A stretch of 64,000 nt of DNA from Spongospora subterranea f. sp. subterranea (taxonomy: Eukaryota). The stretch is from assembly GCA_049724395.1 (NCBI GenBank), contig JAUGWO010000030.1, positions 62,001 through 126,000 of the forward strand, read 5' to 3'. Below the pieces are notes generated by a model. The model ran no database searches, had not been told where the DNA came from, and saw only the letters and a program-made list of their open reading frames with translations. Positions 54,710 to 64,000 of this stretch are shown in pieces; position 1 is the stretch's first letter, and every line of letters begins with the position of its first letter. Both the position numbers and the translations under genes were made by a program.

Positions 54710-57700
54710 TGTGAAGATAATGATTCTCTTTTCGGACACGAACGCGATGAGATACGAAACGAGAAACGTAACTCTGACCTCCGAGTGGCCGTAATTAGGA
54801 GTGGTAGGGGAGTGCCGTGCATCCATCATGCTGAATCATGCACCCACACTCTCCCAGACTCATGCTTGACTGACTCAACACCACTCGCCAGTCGTCAGCC
54901 TTCCAATATATATCAGTCGCCCTAAGGCGCCGGCGATGGGTGCACACAACCCATGCCCGATGCTTCCATCATGACATCAATGGTCTGACGTAGAGGCGGC
55001 TTTGTCAGTGCGGCTGCCGGGTTCCCGTTCGAGTCGACGCGCTCGAACGTAATGTGACCACCATTGACGCATTCTCTAATAACATATTGCCATCGGACAC
55101 GGATATGGTTGCTGCGATCCGTAATGGCGTTCGTCTTTACCATCTGCTCCGCAGCGGTGTCATCATTCAATGCCTCCGGATCAAATTTGTTAACTGGGAA
55201 GTGACTCTTCTTGAACCTGATGACGATTTCAGGACAACCTTCGACATACCGCATCACATGCACCATCATTTGGAAGTGTTCCTGTCCCGGATTTAGAATG
55301 TCTTGACGGCGGCGACACTGCATGTGTCACATCCGGACAGATCCAGGCACCCAACACCTTCCTTGTACGGTTCGTGCCGGTAGGGTTCACCACTCTTGCG
55401 TCGTGACGTTCTCCTCTGCCGCTCAGCGACTCATCAATCTGCAACCGGGACCGCTCCACGACCCCTCTAGCGTACTGGGCCTGATCCACTGTGATTTAGT
55501 GGCTGTGCTGCTCTACTCTCATCCTCAGAATCCACTGAGCTGGCCCTAGGTCCTTCATCGTGAACGTCCTGCTCCACTCCGCCTTCACTCGCGCGATTTC
55601 TCGAGGTTCGTACCGATCATCACGAAATCATCCACAAACACGCCGATCTCCATGAGCTGATTAACCCCATTCGCCTTTGTGCTTTTGTGAACTGACAGAG
55701 ATCCCCAGGAACTGTGGTAAATTCGATCTCGTTAAGTACGGAAGTCAGCTTTTCGTACCACAGCCTTGGCGCTCAACAAGACCGTGCAAAGCCGGGTGTT
55801 ATTGCCACACCCTCTTGGAGCGGTCGCCACTTGTGACGTTTCGCGGTTGCTCGCAGTACATTGCCACCGGTAGGACACCCTTCAAAAACGCTGTTTTTAC
55901 ATCCATTTGGTGAATGACAACGCCCCACATTGCTGCCAGCGATATCATAATTCGCAACATCGCGTAACGTAGCGTCGGCGCATGTGTCTCTGTCAACTCC
56001 TTTGAATCTATCGCAGCATCCTTTTCCGACAAATCGAGCTTTGAACCGAGCGCACTCTTCCTTTTCGTCTCGTTTCATGGTTTGCACCATCATCGACGGC
56101 ATCATCTGCTCGTTAGACGGCCGGTCCACGACGTCGAATACGACCTAGTCCACTAACGCTTTGTACTCCTCTTCAGCCGCCAAGAACTCTTTCTTGTACC
56201 GGCCGTTTAACGCCTCGCGCTCGTTCCGGGCTCCGTCGTCATTCGATTAATGACACGAGCGCCATCAGGGCCTCATTAGTCTTCTTGGTCGAATAATTCC
56301 ACGATTATCCTCGTTCGTAGAATCAAAGGACACATTTCGTCCGTATCATCGCTCATGTCTAGCTCTGCTGCGGAATCCTCTTTCGCGACGAGACTAATCC
56401 GCGAACCATACCGATTGTTCCCCGAATGCGATCTGATCGCCGTCGTGATTGTTCAGCGGATGCTCCCTTCATATGCCGCCCTTAGCGGCTCCTTCGTGTC
56501 GTGCTCTTCTTGTACTTGTCCCTGGACATGGTCCTTGTCAACCCGATTTTCACCGCGGCCGCCATTTTCGTCTCGTCCTCTTCGCGACTGTCTTGATCCG
56601 TCAGCACAACATTGGCTTCCTACATACGCTTCTCTGTACCTTTCCCGTCCCCGCTTGCTTCAAAAATAAATTTCTCCTTAAAGAAAACCACGTCGCGTGA
56701 TTCTATGATCTTTCGGCTCGACCAAGCACCCGGTAGGCCTTCTTATCCTGGCAGGCGCCCAAATGCACTGCCTTCTCAGCTTTGGATCTAGCTTAGCCTT
56801 GTGCTTCCGCCTTATTTTTACCCAAGCCTCGCAGACGAACGTTATCGTTCGCGTGATGTCGGCCTTCTCACCGGTTAACTCTCCTCGATAGGGGGGTTGT
56901 CTTGCCGTCCTGTCTTGCCAGTCGGACACGGTTGCGAATCCAAGTTTTGTATTGAGCATTCTCCGTCCAATACTGCTTCGGTACTCCAGATCGCACCTGC
57001 GCCGCTCTGACCATTCGGACGATCTTCTTTTCAAATGTTTCCGCGAGACCATTTTTGGAAGGTCGATCTGTGTCGGAGAACGCTTGCTTAATGCCGATTA
57101 GTCGTAGCCCGTCTGCTATTTTCCTAAACGTGTCCTCCTTGCCTTAGTCCGCCCTCAGCATGTCAATTCGGTACCCGCTCATGGCTTCTAACCGTTTGAG
57201 CACACACATCATGACGTCGTCTGTTGATCTTTTGTTGCCAGGTTCACCTTTGCCAGCGCTCCTGTTGCATGATCTGCGTAGATTTGCCATGGACTGTTTT
57301 CCATCACGCGACCGAGTGTCAAAGGTCTGCAGATCAGCGCCAACGATCTGTAGTTACCATCCATATCCTCTGCTTCGTGATCACCGCATTGTAGGTTTGT
57401 CTCAATACACACCTTCTGGGCAATTCGGTCTTGGCCAGGTCAGTTGAGTCCACGTTCAGCCCGAGCACCACCTCGTTTGCCATAGCCTTCTTGATAGTTG
57501 TGGTTGACAGGTCGCCTAACCTTTGCGTGCGCTGACGCCAATAGAAATGACCCTGCTCGTCCTCGCGGCTGGCCCCGGCTTGTCTTTGTACGTCGGGTTT
57601 GGGGGCTGCCGGAGCCAAATCCCAGACTGAAAATCCTGGACCGCGTGCAGATCCAGGTACAGCAGTCGCACGGTGCCGGTCACCAACACCTTGCCGTTCT

Positions 57701-58790
57701 TGTCGCGGATCTGAGATGACCGCGCCGTCTCCACATGCTCCGCGCCTGTTCCCAGCCTGGAGAGTGCCATTTTAATAGCGACTGCATCTGGCGCAAATTC
57801 GTCTTGAAATTTGATGTGGCCTCCAGACGCTGCTCCTAACACGATCTCTCCTCGACCTTGGATGCGCATACGGTCCCGCCAACGAAGCCGATCGTTGGTT
57901 CGTCTTTTATCGGCAGTGTGCCTGGCTGGTCGAGATGTGATCACAGGTCATGGCACCATCCATATTTCGTGAGATCTCCCCACTTGATAAGGCCATATAT
58001 ATGAGCATCGCGACGTAGGCGCCTCCATCTCGTTAACCTCCACCACGCCAGGAGAGGCAGTCGCCCAAGATGGCCATGACCACGACGGGAGGTGGTGCCA
58101 AGTTCAGAGGAAGGTGTTTCAGATGCGGGAAGGCAGGCCATCGCGCAGCTAACTGCCGAGAGGACAGGAAACCGGACAGCCTTATCAAGTTGGAAAAGCC
58201 ACGACATGGCGATCACGATTAGGTGATGGATGGGGCGAAGACCTGTGGTTACATTCCGACCAACAAGACACCCTTCACCAACTTGAAGCTGTACGCCAAG
58301 AAAGAACGCCCAACGATTGGCGGCGTTGGGTGCGACCGTAGACGCATCCACGGTCGAGAAACCACCTTCCATCATGGTCATGGCCGTCTGGGACGACTCC
58401 CTCCCCTCTTCTTCTTCCATCAGTGTCTGTCGACGAATACGCGCCACTATTCTCCTTTTGACCTCTGAAGGTGTGAACTCTGCACTCTCCAGATTCACCA
58501 GTTTGACTATTTATGTCTTCCAGCTGGTCCGAGAGACCCAGCGTCATTCTCAATGCCAAATCGTGAGCGCTCACACTTGATATTTTGCAACATGGCAATA
58601 TCTGCCGCCGTCGTCCGCATTTCTGCCAAATACTCCTGGACTCCTTGACTGTGGGTTATTTGGACATCGCAGCTTGTTCAGTATCTGCAACGACGCCAGA
58701 TCCTGCTTCGTGACCCCAGCATATTCCGCCTTGGTGGCATCCATAGCCTCTTTCGGGGGTGCACGACGCAACCCATAACTGTATTTTTTG
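54710..58790 (-). mobile_element. Degenerate Ty1/Copia LTR retrotransposon (gag-protease-integrase-RT-RNase H) with a putative 3' LTR at about 54710-54880
   Basis: RT: RFKARFVGKG and IHQMDVKTAFL. RNase H end: HIRVRWQYVIRE...NPAAALTKP. Also integrase-like KLDPK, GAG-pre-integrase-like QRLGDLS and gag-like ALRMTLGL/EVKRRI. Many stops and frameshifts. The candidate LTR runs TG...CA after a purine-rich stretch. No 5' LTR found. Confidence 0.9.
58040..58360 (+). mobile_element. Inverted Copia gag zinc-knuckle/protease fragment inside the minus-strand element
   Basis: Plus strand reads CFRCGKAGHRAANC (CX2CX4HX4C, 58115-58156), then VMDGAKTCGYIPTNKTPFTNL...PTIGGVG (Copia protease-like). Confidence 0.8.
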
Positions 58791-58798
58791 TGAGGATC

Positions 58799-59400
58799 AT
58801 GGAGGTTTATCGTCTCGCAGTGCTGGAACGCCTCAGGGCCTAAATGGACGACGATGAGGATGATGAATTGGTCTGGCAAGTTATGCAGGACATTTTGGAT
58901 GAAATGCACAACGAAATCCAGGCGGTTCGTTACCTGGTCGTCGCCCCAATCTCCCTCGCGCCCGTGCTGCTGCTCATCTTCGGCTTTATGAAGACTATTT
59001 TGCCCTTCTCCTCTGTATAACGTACAGATTGAGCCTGATGTCTTGCTCATTCAACTTCAACGACAGTGTATCTTCGAAAGAGTGTCGGGCTTGGAACGAA
59101 AATCATTCCACTTTGGCACCGACTCAAAAAGTGCCAAAAACGTGTTCAAAACAAAAAGATGATTTCTTTCAGCGCGAGAGCTGTTGTCATGATGTCATCA
59201 TTCGTACCCCTCTCATTCAAATCGTTTAAAGCACGTGCGCTCCTACTAACTTTGAGGCATCGTCCTGTATGGGGTTTCATTTTCGAATGAAGCGGTCGAG
59301 ACGACCGTCGAGTGGTTTCATCTGCGCTGCTCGCGATTGGAGTCATACGACCTTCCGCGAATTGATTGAAGAAACCGGAAGTGTTCCTCAACTCGATCCC
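58799..59400 (+). mobile_element. PIF/Harbinger-like transposase remnant, internally deleted
   Basis: An acidic N-terminus is followed by GGSLPGRRPNLPRARAAAHLRLYEDYFA (58921-59004), typical of Harbinger/Plant_tran N-termini. Scattered DDFFQR, FRMKR and RDWSHTTFRELIEE fragments follow. Confidence 0.6.
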
Positions 59401-60052
59401 AGGACGTGTCGGATTTTTGGCCAGTACCATTGGCAGGGTCTTGAAAAACATTGAGCCATGAACGTGCCAGTTAAACTTCTTCCTCAAAGGAAAAAATCAG
59501 TCCGCGTTGACGCTTGGCGACTGTGGTCATTAAAGCGAAAAAACGTCAAACAGGGAAATGGGAATGAAGACAAGTGGTACCGTACCTATTTGCACGTCGA
59601 AAAAAAAGCAGTTTTCAGTCCTTGGCACCCTTTTTCAGTCGACTGTAAAACGTTTTCCGTTTACAGTCGCGCGGTGGGGCACTCGGCCGCACTCCGCAAA
59701 GTGCGGAGTTTACACTACACCTACTGCGGTAGGAGACGCTCTGACACGCCCCGGACAGTCTGACACGCCGCGCCATTGTATGTATGTTCGTATTGCGCGC
59801 AGCCTGCAAGGTATAGAAGGGTACTGTACACTTCAGTACCTACATTAATTTTTCGCCCTCAAACCAGGGTTGAGGGTCATTCAAGTCAGAATTCAACGGG
59901 TTCAGGCCTTAACAGAAACATTTTTATTTCTGTACAAGTTTTTACTGTATCGGATCACTGCCGTTACTATTTAGGGTCGCCCTTCCTAAGTAGCCCCCCA
60001 ATCCAGAAAGGGGTATCATATTCATTAACCGACCGAACCAGCATCGCGATCA

Positions 60053-61445
60053 ATGGGTCACGATAGTGGGCCGACCAGCGGGTCGTCGAGCAATTTCTTA
60101 TTCCCTGAGTATGATATCGGCTGGCATATCGGGCTGCGTTGCCGAGGCGGCGTCACTTCCCTTAGACACGATTAAAGTCCGATTACAGGTTGGATTTTAC
60201 CACATTTGTCCTGTAAATTTTGCTGTTAATATCGCCTATACAGAATCAATCACCTTCAGCAACATCGACACCCTATACTGGTGTCGCAAATTGTCTAATT
60301 CGCATGACTACTGAAGAAGGACCAGCGGCTCTTTGGAAAGGGTCGATTATGTCGTTGCCGCTGATGAGAATGGTAGGTAACTAATACTCTATCATCTTTA
60401 TATAGCTTGATGCCCGGCCTTGCACGACAAATGGTCTTTGCTTCATTACGAATTGGTCTCTACAATCCAATACGAGACTTGTACGCTAATGGCGCCAAGG
60501 GCGAAGATATTGGGTTGGGAACCAGAGTAGCTGCCGGTCTTACAACAGGTTCGAACCCAAAGACCTTAGCCAGATAGTTCTCAGAATTTTTATAGGCGCG
60601 ATTGGAATTAGCTTCGCAAATCCCGTTGATCTGGTTAAGGTCCCTCGCCGATGTCTGACTTAGCAGTTATAATGCGTACCCAGTTCATTGCAGGTTCGCC
60701 TGCAATCAGAAGGCCGTCTTCCACCTGGAGTTCCTCGCCGCTATTCCAGTATGGCGGATGCATTTCGGCAGATTTACAGAGCTGATGGTACTCCCAACCT
60801 GCAAGGGTTATCAATGTTAACTAATGATTTAGAGAAACAGGAATCAAGGGATTTTGGACGGCATATATTCCTAATGTTGCCAGGAATTCCACTGTTAATG
60901 CAGCTGAATTAGCTGCGTATGATCAGTTGAAATCGATAGCAGTTAATCGCTGTGGAATGTCCAGAGACGATGTTAAAACGCATCTCGCGTAAATGAATGG
61001 AAAAATCGTGACCGGGCGTTAACATTACTGTTCAGATGCGCTATTGGGGCTGGATTTTTCGCAACTGTTGCTGGATCCCCTTTCGATGTGGTCTCTAATC
61101 ATTTACGGTCTACTTTGCTTTGTCTAAATATTTTGCAGGTTAAAACTCGCTTAATGAGCGCGAAAGTCGGATCAGACGGCCTCAAACAATACAACGGACT
61201 GTTTGATGCCTTCGTCAAAGTATATATTCCACGTTTTACTCAACAGCGGTTTTGAACGTGTCGCAGATCTCTCGCGCCGAAGGTCCGTTTGCCTTTTATA
61301 AAGGCTTCGTAGCAAATTTCGCCCGGTATGAAATATTCCATGATAAATCGCATAAAGTAACCTGTGATAACATGTCAGAATCGGATCGTGGAATATTGTT
61401 ATGTTTCTAACACTGGAGCAAGTTCGTCGAGTTATGGGCATCTAA
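60053..61445 (+). CDS. UCP: Mitochondrial carrier (SLC25), uncoupling protein UCP/PUMP-like, multi-exon
   Basis: PLDTIKVRLQ, EGPAALWK, RIGLYNPIR, NPVDLVKVRLQSEGRLPPGVPRRY, AELAAYDQLK, SPFDVVKTRLM and RIGSWNIVMFLTLEQ. ATG 60053 is one base out of frame with the body; the alternative in-frame ATG is at 60111. Confidence 0.93.
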
Positions 61446-62085
61446 TATAGATTGTATCATTTCAAGTGGGTATCATCACTACCTACAGCTAGTCACTTCC
61501 AGTATTCTCGTTGCGCGTATGACAAATATCTCATCAGCGGAACTGTTGATTTGTTTACTTTAGAACCTGTTCCCCGTATTACGAGAATAATTCGGTTTGG
61601 CTCTTGATTTTTTTAAATTCAATTTCAATCCTGCCTGCAATTGATCGTTGAGTTTTCTCTTTTTTATTGAGGAATTCTGGATAGCCGAACAAACGCTGTC
61701 TTCCCACATTTTTCAATCACAGTCTTTTGTGATTGCCAATGGTTAACCTTGGCCTTGAAGACTCTACGCTATCGGTCCAAAGCCACTAAAATTGTTAAGG
61801 GGAGTTTTATCTCAACATTTGAAGTTTCAGGATTTGAAGGAGCGGCGACTTGTAAATTTGTAGCCGTGTACGAATGAACAAAAAATAGCTCAGGACTTCG
61901 TCTGCATCATTTGATGTAAACCCCGAGCTCTCGGCGATTTTCTTGCTTTGAGAGATTATCTTCTTGTCACCTGACTTCCGTTCAGGATTTTACTAACCAC
62001 AAGAATATAATGTTTCTTTTCAATCCTTTCTCTCCTAGTATAACCTTTCAAGCAACATACACTCGGCAGATTGGAATCATTATCG

Positions 62086-62148
62086 TATATCATCGAGCAC
62101 ATTTCAGGCGAAATCAATGTTTGGGCTGATATGCTTTCGCGTTGGGTC
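62086..62148 (+). mobile_element. Ty3/Gypsy RNase H C-terminal remnant
   Basis: YIIEHISGEINVWADMLSRW matches the Gypsy I-x-H-x-x-G-x-x-N-x-x-AD-x-LSR motif. Confidence 0.7.
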
Positions 62149-62819
62149 TCATTCAGCTAATGTGACCCATCTCCATCGTGATATCAAAACTCTAGTTCCA
62201 CATAGACTGGGCCTGGCTATTTCCAGTGGAACTTTTTGTTTTGTTATTGGTGTGGGTCACCTTCGTTACTAGTGGGGGGCATATTCAGTGGCCATTTCAA
62301 GTGGAACCTTTTGTTACCTACTGGTGTGCTTTGTGATAAGAACCTTCGCTATACTTTGGTCAGCAGTCTGACTCACAACAATGGTAGTGTGAGGTCTACA
62401 CGGGTTACCTATATCACATCGGTAACGAAGGTTTCACTAATAAAAATAGCCAGCACAAACACAGGAGTTTGTGCCCAGATGACGAGTCATCGTCAACTGG
62501 CTCTGGAGTAGATATGGGTACTACAGACTTAACACAAATGTGTTGAACTCAATTACAAAAAAAAAGAGATATTCGCGCTTTCTTGTCAGAAAACCCTGGT
62601 TCTGTTGTTTGAAATCAGAAAACCCGACTTTCTTCAAAGCGCTTACTTGAAGTTAATGGTGTATGTAAGTTTATCATTTATCTAAACTTGATATAGGTAA
62701 GAGAGGAATCATAAGCCATAGACTGAAATCTGGTGAACGTCTTATGGATAAGCGACGAGTCTAGTACAGTAAGAATAATGAGATCAGTAATCGGCTAATC
62801 GATCGTTAAGTCCACTGTC

Positions 62820-64000
62820 ACCGAGAAAATTTTGGACTCGCTTGACGTCCTTTTGGGGTCGATGTATTCTATGAAGAGCTCATTCATCAAGCGTTGAAAG
62901 AAGGCAGGGGCGTTTTTCAAGCTGAACGGCGCAACCAAGTAATGGTAGTGCCCATATATATAGTTGAATGCAGTTTTCCATTCGTCTCCTTCCTTGACCC
63001 GGACCAGATTGAATGCCCCACTGAGGTCGATCTTGGTAAAAAAATCTTCGCTCCGCCGAGTTGTCGTTGAATGTCGTTGATTGGGGGAAGAGGATAAGGT
63101 TCAGGATCGGGATACGGTTGAGTTCCCTGTCATTGACGCACAGATCATTGACTGGAATTGGCTATTGCTTCGTAGCGCTTCTTCAACTTCTCAGGAAAGT
63201 ATTTTGATTCCTTGTCTGGCGTCGCGGGATTGCTCTGACGCTTCGATTGAGAGCATCTATTGTTAGAACTTTGACCTTGATCGACTCGTGGTTTATCGGA
63301 TGGTTTATCAGATGACCATCTGGCGCAGCGTTGGAATCTGTCCTGGTCCTTGGTCGTCGTCAGAATCAGCTTGAATGCCTTGACCACTTTGTGCTTCACT
63401 TCATCGTCATTACCGATTTCCACTTGCTGTCTTTTGCAATTTTCAGGGCTGGTGGACCTAGTCCTTCCAACAGAATTGCGAGTTTGCGTTTCGAGACCGT
63501 GGTCCTTGATTAAGTGTCGAAGGACGTAAACTAGCTGAACACGCGATCCTCCGCACTCGTGATTGCAAAATTCATCACCATTGTATCTCGAATATTTTTT
63601 TTAGATCTTGACGCGTCGATGTGGCCGAGTGAGATCGTATTCGGGCAAAGTATTCCAGAATTTTTTTCGTCAGTATGCTGAGACCACAGGCGTTGTTGAG
63701 TTTAGGATCCTGAAGCGCTCTTTATTTAGATTGAATTTAGGTTTCGGTACATATTAGGACGGGAAGATTCTGTATAGAGAGTTATTTCTTCGATTGGCTT
63801 CATCAACATATATGTCGCGAGATCTCCCAGTTTTTGGGGGGCAAAACAGCTCTTGATCGTTCCATGGACCTGTTCAGGGAACCCTTGCAGCACCACTTTG
63901 ACAGCGGGAAACCCGACTTCCTTTTCCCGAAAACCCATTCTTTACCGAACCGCGTAAATCATATCTTTTTGACGGTTCTGAAGCACGTTTGCGTGTCTTC
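62820..64000 (-). mobile_element. Degenerate Ty3/Gypsy (Tf2-like) retrotransposon: RT fragment plus upstream gag/protease debris
   Basis: [26 protein letters not shown]...[23 protein letters not shown] at about 62860-63060. It is truncated before YxDD, and the upstream ORFs are broken. Confidence 0.88.

Noticed and set aside
54527..54925. 132 aa plus-strand ORF as a host gene
   Set aside because: Its 3' half runs antisense through the putative Copia LTR and it has no recognisable domain.
58571..59050. 159 aa minus-strand ORF as an intact gag N-terminus
   Set aside because: It is a chance fusion: its first part is antisense to the Harbinger-like remnant and only its end overlaps gag debris.
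61600..62050. Possible DNA-transposon debris downstream of UCP
   Set aside because: Only vague protein-like fragments, with no motif strong enough to assign.

Overview
Compact eukaryotic nuclear DNA with closely packed genes and many short (about 40-65 nt) GT-AG introns. Gene style and content suggest a protist, possibly a plasmodiophorid/phytomyxid such as Spongospora or Polymyxa; this is an inference and was not tested. From left to right the window holds: a UDP-galactose transporter (SLC35B1/HUT1), an unresolved small gene, DPH1, IMP4, a spinster-type MFS transporter, three tandem SDR oxidoreductase copies at different stages of decay, a single ~26 kb giant gene, a secreted GH125 mannosidase, a mariner remnant, a PRL phosphatase, an MSI4/RBBP4-like WD40 protein, Rab1, ADF/cofilin, a RING-CH E3 ligase, a secreted ankyrin-repeat protein, a degenerate Copia element with an internal inverted segment, a Harbinger remnant, a UCP-like mitochondrial carrier and Gypsy remnants. 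The giant gene (15307-41334) is the main candidate for an undescribed system. It has a signal peptide, dozens of IPT/TIG repeats, a Cys-rich GCC2/GCC3-type block, about 10-11 transmembrane helices and a long cytoplasmic tail, and resembles a surface sensor or receptor. Several conserved genes, including Rab1, carry 1-2 nt frame disruptions that are most likely assembly indels, so pseudogene calls based on a single frameshift are unsafe here. All exon boundaries were assigned by eye.
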